Part shown: one piece after another, positions 55,297-62,743 of the stretch
How the letters are laid out: every line of letters begins with the position of its first letter
Position numbering within the stretch: position 1 is the stretch's first letter
Origin: Candidatus Hydrogenedens sp.
GTDB lineage: Bacteria > Hydrogenedentota > Hydrogenedentia > Hydrogenedentales > CAITNO01
DNA: 64,000 bases
Direction of reading: 5' to 3'
Assembly (NCBI GenBank): GCA_012522755.1
Contig: JAAYJV010000075.1
Location: 2,276 to 66,275 of the forward strand
Notes under the pieces: generated by a model
Told to the model about the DNA's origin: nothing
What the model saw: only the letters and a program-made list of their open reading frames with translations
Database searches by the model: none
Program-made: the position numbers and the translations under genes

Positions 55297-55814
55297 AAAC
55301 CACGGAAGAAATCGAACCACGAAAAAATTGAACCACGGAACACACAGAACACACGGAAAAAGACTTTTGAAGATGGATAGTAGATTGAAGGGTTAAGCAC
55401 AGAGGAAAAGATTTCTTTTAACTTGTTTTTTTTGTTTTTATTTGGGTTGATCAATAAAGTTGGTGACATGATGAAGATGTAAAGATAATAGCATTTACTT
55501 GAGGAAAAGAAAAAAAGAAAAAAGAAATATAAAGCCTCTGTTTCCTGTGTATTTACCTCTTATTTTTTTATGCTTATATACGGGTTGATTAATATAGTTG
55601 ATGATATGAAAAAGATATGCGGGTAATAATATTCACTGGATTAAACAAAAAACAAAAAAGAAAAAAGAAATATAAAGCCTTTGTTTCCTGTGTATTTACT
55701 TCTTATTTTTTTATGCCTTTATTTTCTTCTTTCCGTGTGTTCCGTGATTTCCGTGGTCCAATTCTTCGTGGTTCAATTCCTGTTTTCTTTCTCTTTCCTT
55801 CCGTGGTCTAATTG
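55297..55814. repeat. Family B TIR element, copy R5 (full length)
   Basis: Collinear with R2 and R3 over about 0.5 kb. It marks the right edge of the island. Confidence 0.85.
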
Positions 55815-55827
55815 CAACTTTCATATC

Positions 55828-55856
55828 TTGATATAAATCAGTAAATAATTTATACT
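55828..55856 (+). promoter_or_regulatory. candidate sigma70-type promoter of the coiled-coil protein gene
   Basis: TTGATA (55828-55833), exactly 17-nt spacer, TATACT (55851-55856), 60 nt upstream of the ATG. Confidence 0.55.
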
Positions 55857-55916
55857 AAGTTAACAGTATAAACAGGAGTAATATGTTCCGTTTAAGAAGG
55901 GCCCAGGATAACTATC

Positions 55917-58622
55917 ATGGAAGACAACGCTGTGAGTAATGAGTTGGTCGCTTTTTTGGATTCTGTCAAAGAGGAAGCCAGTCGCTTTCAGGAGTCACAT
56001 CAGGCCCTGGTCGCTCAACTGGCACAGATGAAAGCCGTGGTGGAAGGGCTGGAGGAGCAACTGGACAGTACCCACGCCACGCAGTCGGCTCTCTTTGAAC
56101 GGCACGCAAAAGAATTTGAGGCCTTGTCCTTGCAGACTGGTTCCAGTCCGGGCGGGGACGGTGCGCTTCAGGAACGTGTGCTTGTTCTGGAAGAGCAGCT
56201 TGCGGGTAAGGATCAGGAACTGGCCGATTCCACAGCGAAGATCGAAAAGCTGGAGCAGCAGCTCGAAGAGGGGGGCGGCGAAAAGGTCCAACATTATGTC
56301 CAGGGGCTGGAAGAGCATCTGCAAAAGCGCAATGAGACCATCGGCGTTGCCCGGCGCCGTATCCTGCGGCTTCAGGAAAAGATTGAGGCCATGGCCGCCG
56401 AGCGCACAGCAGCACAGCAACGTGCCGAAGATCTGGACATGCAGCTGGATCGCAAGAATAAAGCCCTGCAATCATCCGAAGATCGTTTTACGGAACTGCG
56501 CAAAAAGTTTGAGGTCACCAGTGGCAGTGGTCGTGGTGAGGAGCATCTTGCCCAGATCCAGGCACTGGAACGTCTTGTGGCCGACAAGGAAAGTATGCTC
56601 GCCAGTGTTGAAGAACGCAGTGGCCAGTTGCAGGCTGCTTTGACAGCGCGGAGTCGAGAGCTCGCCGCAGCTCAGGAGCGCATTCAGGCACTGGAGCAGA
56701 CGGAAGCGGAGACCCGTCAGGAGCTTGAAGAGAGGCTCACAGCATTGGAAGGGTTGACGGCCGATCAGCAACAGTTGAAGTCGCAGCTGGCTGCCCTTGA
56801 AGAGGAACGCAAAGGAGCGGCCAGTCAGAGTGATGAACAGGCCGAGGCTCTTCGTCAAGTCTCGGAAGAAAAAGAAAAGCAGAACAGTGTGCTGACGGCA
56901 TTGGAAGAGGAAAAGGAAAAACTTCTTTCCGATCTGGAAGTGCATCGTACCGCCCTGAACCAGGCGGAGACAGATCTTGCCGCCGCTCAGCAGCGTCTCA
57001 GCGAGGTGGAAGCTTCCCGTGAACAGCTCAGCAATGAACTGAAAGCGGCTCAGGAAGAAAAGGAAGGGCTCGCATCACAGTTGGGCGAGGCTCAGAAGTC
57101 CCACGAAGTCTGCGGCGATGAGGTTGCGGAAGTTCAGGGCGCTCTGGAAGAAGCCCGGGCCGCCCGGAACAGTGTGCAGGCCTCGCTGGATGAAGTCCGT
57201 GCCGATCTTGAAAAAGTGCAGGGCCAGACGGCGGAACAGCAGGAGAAGATCGCCTTTCTGCAAAGTGAACTGGGTGATCGTGAAAATGCCCTCGATACCG
57301 CTGAACGTCGTGCTGAGGTGGCTGAAGATAAACTGGAAAAACTCCTTTCAGAAAGCGGAGACACGGAAGAGCGTGTTTCCGCTTTGGCGGGTGAACTGAC
57401 AGGACATAAAGAACGTGCTGAAAGCCTTGAAGCGGCACTGGATGATATGAAACGACTGGTTGCCGATCTGACAGCGGAAAAAGAGGATGCTCTCAAGAGT
57501 GCCGCTAATGCCCGTGAAGCTCTGGAAACACTGGCCTCCGATTCGGAAAACAGCGAACGGACGGCTGGCGAATGGAAAGGGAAATGCTCAGAAATTCAGG
57601 TTGCGCTGGAGGCTGCAACGCGGGAGCTGGCCGAACAGAAAGAGAAATTCTCCCGGGTTCAGTCTCAGTTGCAGGGTTCCGAAGAAATGCGCGCTTCCCT
57701 CGAAGAGTCCCGGAAAAAGTCCGAAGCTTCCGTTACCAGTCTTCAGCAGGAACAGCAGGAATTGCAGAGCAGCAATGAGCAGCTGCAACAGGAAGTGGCG
57801 AGTCTTCATCTCCAGATCAAAGAACTTCTGATCGAAGTGGATCAGGCGGCTCCCACGGAAGATGTTGAAAAGATCAAGGCTGAACTGCAGGCTGAAAAAC
57901 ACAGGACAAAACAGCTGGAAGAACGGCTGGAAGATGAGCTCTCCAAAGGGACCAAGGCGGGGCTGGCCCGTCAGCTTGCCGAGGCACTCCGTGAGGCTGA
58001 GGAAGCCCGTACGGAATTGCGCTCCCTGCGACGGCATCCCGCCGAAACAGGTCAGAATGTGAGTCAGGATCTGAGTCTGGAGAGAGAACTGGAACTGGAC
58101 AATCTCCCGCCACGTCCGGCACCCGCTCCCGCCGATGCCGGGAAGGCCATCCGGGATGTCATACAAAGCCTTCCCCGTCAGAAACAGCGGAATCTGGGCG
58201 AAGTACTCGTCGCCCTTAATCGTATTACGGAAGATCAGCTTGCCGAGGCCATTTCCGAACAGAAGGCGCATCCGGAGACGGACTTCGTCTCCGTGCTCGC
58301 CCGTATGGACTGGGTGGCTCCCCTGGATCTTGCCGAGATCATCGCCGCTGTGTACAGATGTCCTCTCGTCTCCGTTTCCGTGAGCGATCTTCATGTGAAT
58401 GCCGTGCGGCTGGTTCCCGAAAGGCTCGCCAAGACCCGGTGCTGCATTCCCAAACAGGTGCTCGGAAAAGAGCTTGTGCTCATTATGGACAATCCCGGCA
58501 ATCTGCTTGTCATCGAGGATATCGAACGGCTCACGGGCTTACAAGTGACGCCCAATGTGGCTCCCCGCGATCAGATTCTCCAGACCATCGATGCCTTCTA
58601 TGGCATAGAATCAGAGGAATAA
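55917..58622 (+). CDS. long coiled-coil protein with a C-terminal T2SSE_N / MshEN-like domain
   Basis: 901 aa. About 700 aa are E/Q/L/A-rich with heptad character. The last 140 aa or so (LGEVLVALNRITEDQLAEAISEQ ... LVLIMDNPGNLLVIEDIERLTGLQVTPNVA) resemble the GspE/MshE N-terminal domain. Confidence 0.7.
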   Translation: MEDNAVSNELVAFLDSVKEEASRFQESHQALVAQLAQMKAVVEGLEEQLDSTHATQSALFERHAKEFEALSLQTGSSPGGDGALQERVLVLEEQLAGKDQELADSTAKIEKLEQQLEEGGGEKVQHYVQGLEEHLQKRNETIGVARRRILRLQEKIEAMAAERTAAQQRAEDLDMQLDRKNKALQSSEDRFTELRKKFEVTSGSGRGEEHLAQIQALERLVADKESMLASVEERSGQLQAALTARSRELAAAQERIQALEQTEAETRQELEERLTALEGLTADQQQLKSQLAALEEERKGAASQSDEQAEALRQVSEEKEKQNSVLTALEEEKEKLLSDLEVHRTALNQAETDLAAAQQRLSEVEASREQLSNELKAAQEEKEGLASQLGEAQKSHEVCGDEVAEVQGALEEARAARNSVQASLDEVRADLEKVQGQTAEQQEKIAFLQSELGDRENALDTAERRAEVAEDKLEKLLSESGDTEERVSALAGELTGHKERAESLEAALDDMKRLVADLTAEKEDALKSAANAREALETLASDSENSERTAGEWKGKCSEIQVALEAATRELAEQKEKFSRVQSQLQGSEEMRASLEESRKKSEASVTSLQQEQQELQSSNEQLQQEVASLHLQIKELLIEVDQAAPTEDVEKIKAELQAEKHRTKQLEERLEDELSKGTKAGLARQLAEALREAEEARTELRSLRRHPAETGQNVSQDLSLERELELDNLPPRPAPAPADAGKAIRDVIQSLPRQKQRNLGEVLVALNRITEDQLAEAISEQKAHPETDFVSVLARMDWVAPLDLAEIIAAVYRCPLVSVSVSDLHVNAVRLVPERLAKTRCCIPKQVLGKELVLIMDNPGNLLVIEDIERLTGLQVTPNVAPRDQILQTIDAFYGIESEE

Positions 58623-58631
58623 AACGGTGGC

Positions 58632-59435
58632 TCAGGTCTGGCGATCCGTAAAAATCGCCTGATTCAGAACACCCCAGGCTGAGATGGTTCTGCGCCGGCT
58701 GAAATAAATGGCCAGCGTGACGGTGATGGCTGTTCCCGAGAATATAGCGATCATGATGGCTATCTGATATTTGATGGCTGCGGCCGGATTCACGCCGCCC
58801 ATCATGATCCCTGTCATCATCCCCGGAACGGAAACGAGTCCCATGGTGGCCATGGTCGCCAGTGACGGAGCCAGGGCGGCCTGCAGGGCATTGCGAAGGA
58901 AGGGCCTGATCGCTTCCTGTAAGCTTGCTCCGGAGCTGAGAAAGAAAAAGTATTCCTTCTCCCGCTGACGCAAGGCATGATAAAAATTCTGGATCCCCAC
59001 AATATCGGCACGCAGACAATTTCCCAGAATCATCCCGGAAATGGGAATGATGAAGCGTGCTTCCAGACTCGGGGTCGGATAGAGAATCACGAGCAGAAAG
59101 ATGAGCAGAGGAATCACCGTACCCAGAAACAGGGAGAAGAACAGAGGCATCATGAAGAAACGGTAATTGAGTCCGCAACCCCGGATGATGGACGCATCGG
59201 CCACGACAATCATGACAGCGAGCCAGGTCATATTCAGCCACAGGTTATCGAGGTCGAAAAGCACCTGCAGATAAAAGCCGATGAAAAGAAGCTGCACAGT
59301 CATCCGCAATGCGCTGATGAGGGTTTGCCCGATGAGCGGAATCCCATACCAGAGAAAAACAGCGAGGGGAAAAAGGAGCAGGCCATATCCCAGGAGCAGT
59401 TGACCATATTGAATATCAGCGGTGGGCATGAGCAT
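58632..59435 (-). CDS. fetB: iron-export ABC transporter permease FetB (UPF0014)
   Basis: A multi-pass permease with MMTGIMMGGVNPAAAIKYQIAIM, typical of YbbM/FetB. The start is chosen at 59435 after GGAGAG and overlaps the fetA end. Confidence 0.75.
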   Translation of the reverse strand: MLMPTADIQYGQLLLGYGLLLFPLAVFLWYGIPLIGQTLISALRMTVQLLFIGFYLQVLFDLDNLWLNMTWLAVMIVVADASIIRGCGLNYRFFMMPLFFSLFLGTVIPLLIFLLVILYPTPSLEARFIIPISGMILGNCLRADIVGIQNFYHALRQREKEYFFFLSSGASLQEAIRPFLRNALQAALAPSLATMATMGLVSVPGMMTGIMMGGVNPAAAIKYQIAIMIAIFSGTAITVTLAIYFSRRRTISAWGVLNQAIFTDRQT

Positions 59436-60081
59436 TCTCTCCTGTGAGTTCCTCCATCCAGACCACCCGTGAGGAGAGTGTGAAATCTTCCGTGTCATGG
59501 GATACGGAAAGGATGGCCGTATCATTCTGAGCAGCCAGATAACGCCTGACGGCTTCTTTGGATTCTGTATCCAATGCGGAAGCGACTTCGTCCAGAAGCA
59601 GGAGTTTGCGCTTCAAGAGCAGCGCCGCCACCAGAGCCACGCGCTGTTTTTCTCCGCCCGACAACATGGAAAGATCTTTGTTCCAGGTATCAGCCGGAAG
59701 GAGAAAAGTCTCGAAAAGTGATTCCCCTTCCTCTTGGTCAAAATGATGGCATAAGTTTGCGGAAAAGGCAAAGGGCCGGGCGAGGAAATCTCTTACGGGG
59801 CCGGTGCCGATTTCCGGTTCCTGAGATACATAAGCCATTTCCTGTCGGATATGCCAGCAGCTTTTCGCCGTCACTTCCACACCGTTGATAAAGAGAGTGC
59901 CCGGCGGTGCAGGGACGAAACCGAGGATCATTTTGAGCAGAGTGCTTTTCCCCGACCCTGAAGCACCGGCGAGGGTACATTTTTCACCGGCTTCCAGGGA
60001 AAAATTCAGCTTTTCAAAGATCCGTTGTCCTGTAATGATACAGTCCATATTCTGGATGAAAATCAGAGGCTGGGGCTTCAT
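59416..60081 (-). CDS. fetA: ABC transporter ATP-binding protein FetA
   Basis: Walker A GASGSGKST, ABC signature LSGGEKQRV, Walker B LLLLDE. 221 aa, similar in size to YbbL. Confidence 0.8.
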   Translation of the reverse strand: MKPQPLIFIQNMDCIITGQRIFEKLNFSLEAGEKCTLAGASGSGKSTLLKMILGFVPAPPGTLFINGVEVTAKSCWHIRQEMAYVSQEPEIGTGPVRDFLARPFAFSANLCHHFDQEEGESLFETFLLPADTWNKDLSMLSGGEKQRVALVAALLLKRKLLLLDEVASALDTESKEAVRRYLAAQNDTAILSVSHDTEDFTLSSRVVWMEELTGENAHAHR

Positions 60082-60209
60082 TGCATGTCCTGATCCGCGG
60101 GAACAGCGGACAAAATAAGGGGATCCGATTACCGCTTCAGAAAAGCACTTGTATCAGTGCTTTTCCTGAGCAAATACTCTTTCCTATCGAGAAAAAAACA
60201 GGAATCAGG

Positions 60210-60239
60210 TTGATTCTTCCTGCCCTTTTTTGGTACAGT
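60210..60239 (+). promoter_or_regulatory. candidate promoter of tRNA-Leu
   Basis: TTGATT (60210-60215), 18-nt spacer ending in TGG, TACAGT (60234-60239). The mature tRNA 5' end is 19 nt downstream. Confidence 0.45.
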
Positions 60240-60257
60240 GTTCACCGTTACTATCAC

Positions 60258-60344
60258 GCCCGGGTGGTGGAAATGGCAGACACGCTAGACTAAGGATCTA
60301 GTCCCAGCAATGGGGTGCGAGTTCGATTCTCGCCTCGGGCACCA
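60258..60344 (+). tRNA. tRNA-Leu with an apparent AAG anticodon
   Basis: 87 nt. Acceptor GCCCGGG/CTCGGGC (one G-U pair), anticodon stem CTAGA/TCTAG with 7-nt loop CTAAGGA (U33, A34-A35-G36, G37), long variable arm, T-loop TTCGATT, CCA. Confidence 0.75.
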
Positions 60345-60363
60345 TCTTTTGTCTTCACCACAG

Positions 60364-60396
60364 TGCCGCTCTGTTTCGACAGGCGGCATTTTTTTT
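60364..60396 (+). terminator. intrinsic terminator after tRNA-Leu
   Basis: Stem TGCCGC (60364-60369) / GCGGCA (60383-60388), followed by TTTTTTTT. Confidence 0.6.
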
Positions 60397-60422
60397 ACGG
60401 GCTGTATCGCGTCGCTCGCCGC

Positions 60423-61694
60423 TCATGAAAAGCGGATGAGATGATAGGATTTTTTGCCTACCCGGGCCACCAGGATATTTCCGGCCAGGAGAGCCAGATC
60501 CGAAGCGGCCTGATCATCCTTCATGATACGTTCGTTGTTCACATAGAGTCCGCCGTTCTTGATGAGACGCCTTGCCTCGCCCTTGCTGGCGAAGACTCGG
60601 GCTTCCACAAGAAGATCCGTAAGCAGATGGGTCTGTTTCAACACTTCCAGCGGAATATCCGTATGAGGCACTTCTGAAAAGACGTCGAGTAGCATCCCCG
60701 CATCCAGTCTTGTCCAGTCACCGCCGAACATGGCCTGAGTCGCCGCCACGGCATTGGACAGGGCTGTCTCGCCATGAACCAGGCGGGTCACCTCTTCGGC
60801 AAGGCGTCGCTGGGCAAGCCGTTCCTGGGGTGCTTCTTTAATCTGCTCATCCAGTTCTTCAATTTCTTCTTTGGAGAGGAAAGTGAAGAAGCGCAGGAAA
60901 CGGGACACATCATCATCAGCCTGATTCATCCAGAACTGGTAGAACTGATAGGGTGACGTGCGGTCGCTGTCCAGCCAGATATTTCCTGTTTCCGATTTAC
61001 CGAATTTCGCCCCGTCAGCCTTGGTGACCAGGGGGAAGGTGAGCCCGAAGGTGGCTGCATTGTTCAGACGGCGTGTGATGTCCATGCCCGAGACAATGTT
61101 GCCCCACTGATCGGCACCGCCCACCTGGAGGCGGCAATTGTATTTTTTGTTCAGGTGGAGATAGTCATAGGCCTGCAGCAGAATATAGGAAAATTCCGTG
61201 AAGGAGATACCCGTATCCCGGTCTTCGAGGCGGGTGCGCACACTGTCACGATTGAGCAGGGCATTGACGGAAAAGAATTTGCCGATATCGCGCATGAAAT
61301 CGAGGAGGCGCACCTCGCAGAGCCAGTCGGCATTATTGACCATGATCACTGCGTTGGGGCCTGTGAAATCCAGAAAACGCTCCAGCTGCGTACGGATTCC
61401 TTCGCAGTTGTGCTCCACATCTTCGCGGCTGAGCATGGTCCGTTCCTGCATTTTGCCACTGGGATCGCCGATGAGCCCCGTGCCGCCGCCTACGAGGGCA
61501 ATGGGTGTGTGTCCCGCCCGCTGAAAATGGGCCAGGCCGAGAATGGGGAGGAGGCTGCCGATATGGAGACTGTATGCCGTGGGATCGAAACCGCAATAAA
61601 GGGTGAGTGATTCTTTTTCAAGAATCTCCGGCAATTCCGTATGGGTCATCTGGTTTACAAATCCGCGCCAACTTAATTCATCAAACAAGGACAT
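60423..61694 (-). CDS. tyrS: tyrosine--tRNA ligase
   Basis: HIGSL (HIGH) and KFGKS (KMSKS) motifs, with a C-terminal S4-like domain. The ATG at 61694 shares its A with the lepB TGA stop (TGATG overlap). Confidence 0.9.
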   Translation of the reverse strand: MSLFDELSWRGFVNQMTHTELPEILEKESLTLYCGFDPTAYSLHIGSLLPILGLAHFQRAGHTPIALVGGGTGLIGDPSGKMQERTMLSREDVEHNCEGIRTQLERFLDFTGPNAVIMVNNADWLCEVRLLDFMRDIGKFFSVNALLNRDSVRTRLEDRDTGISFTEFSYILLQAYDYLHLNKKYNCRLQVGGADQWGNIVSGMDITRRLNNAATFGLTFPLVTKADGAKFGKSETGNIWLDSDRTSPYQFYQFWMNQADDDVSRFLRFFTFLSKEEIEELDEQIKEAPQERLAQRRLAEEVTRLVHGETALSNAVAATQAMFGGDWTRLDAGMLLDVFSEVPHTDIPLEVLKQTHLLTDLLVEARVFASKGEARRLIKNGGLYVNNERIMKDDQAASDLALLAGNILVARVGKKSYHLIRFS

Positions 61695-62743
61695 CAACTT
61701 TTCCCTTCGTCATTCTTTTCTTTCACAGAAGATTTTCGAAAATAACCCGACAGTTCCCAGAGGATAATCAGGGCCGGTATGCCATACAACAGGCTCATGC
61801 CCCACCAGGTCCGGGAAAATCCGGTGAAATCCTGCCGTCTGCTCCAGGGCCACCAGACGGCGAAAGCACTGCCATACAAGTGATTATGAGGCACCCAGCC
61901 ATACATGCGGCCATCCAGACTGGCGGCACTGTTGTCGCCGAGCATGAAATAATGGCCTTCCGGAACCAGACTGTGTTCATCGTCATCCTGACAGCCATAA
62001 GGCATGAGAGGCTGGGAAAACTCATAGATATCGTCAATAAGAGTGATGGCCTCCGGCGCAACATCTTCGCACAAAGCCAGGACTTCCTCATCGCTCAATC
62101 CGTCAATATCGATATGGCTCACTTGCTCATGGAGCCGCTTCATTTCGGCATAAAAAACCTTGACAGGTTCATTGTAAGGGTTGAGGATGGGAATGGAGCG
62201 GTTGTTTTTTGCGACCCGTAAAAACTGTCGCCGCTTTTCTGTCTCCGTAAATTTCAGGTCCGTATAGTAATACAAGGTTGATTGCAAGGGCTCCGGTGCT
62301 TCGCAGAGCTCACCGTTGATATAAATCTTGCCGTCCCGGATCCGGACCCGTTCTCCGGGAAGGGCGACAACCCGCTTGATCAGAACGGGCTGGTCTGTCT
62401 CTTCTTCCAGAGAACGGAATACCACGATATCCCAGCGTTGAGGCGTATCCCATATGGCGAGGCGTCGCGTGGTGAAGGGGATCCGCGGGCCGAAACGCCA
62501 TTTGTTGACCAGTACCCGATCGCCATGAAAAAGGCGCGGATCACCGTGGAGCGTGGGGTCCATGGATCCCGTGGGAATGGTGTATTGATCCATGATACAG
62601 CCCTTGACGAAGAAGAGGAGGATGATGATGATGACCCAGCCCGCCAGATTTTTCCAGGTCCAGGGGCCGGTGATCCACTCGATGGCTTTGCGGAAAACGC
62701 GCAGCACACGCCAGGGTGAATGCTCAGGCGTTGTCATCTTCAC
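61694..62743 (-). CDS. lepB: signal peptidase I
   Basis: GSMDPTL (catalytic Ser box), GDRVLVNK, and MLGDNSAASLDGR. Confidence 0.85.
   Translation of the reverse strand: MKMTTPEHSPWRVLRVFRKAIEWITGPWTWKNLAGWVIIIILLFFVKGCIMDQYTIPTGSMDPTLHGDPRLFHGDRVLVNKWRFGPRIPFTTRRLAIWDTPQRWDIVVFRSLEEETDQPVLIKRVVALPGERVRIRDGKIYINGELCEAPEPLQSTLYYYTDLKFTETEKRRQFLRVAKNNRSIPILNPYNEPVKVFYAEMKRLHEQVSHIDIDGLSDEEVLALCEDVAPEAITLIDDIYEFSQPLMPYGCQDDDEHSLVPEGHYFMLGDNSAASLDGRMYGWVPHNHLYGSAFAVWWPWSRRQDFTGFSRTWWGMSLLYGIPALIILWELSGYFRKSSVKEKNDEGKS

Noticed and set aside
37111-55814. Island considered as an integron-like cassette array, with same-strand genes each followed by an imperfect inverted-repeat element
   Set aside because: There is no intI integrase or attI. 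The elements are about 0.5 kb rather than the 60-140 bp of attC sites, and they lack the GTTRRRY / RYYYAAC core sites. Genes of 2-6 kb are atypical cassettes. I kept this only as an analogy.
55883-55939. 18-codon upstream ORF (MFRLRRAQDNYHGRQRCE) with a good RBS, overlapping the start of the coiled-coil protein gene
   Set aside because: It is too short and unconserved to call from sequence alone. It may merely indicate that the annotated ATG or RBS assignment is uncertain. I did not report it as a feature.
60081-60293. 70-aa ORF upstream of tyrS
   Set aside because: Its 3' part reads through the tRNA-Leu gene (60258-60344), and it has no RBS. It is a by-product of the intergenic region.
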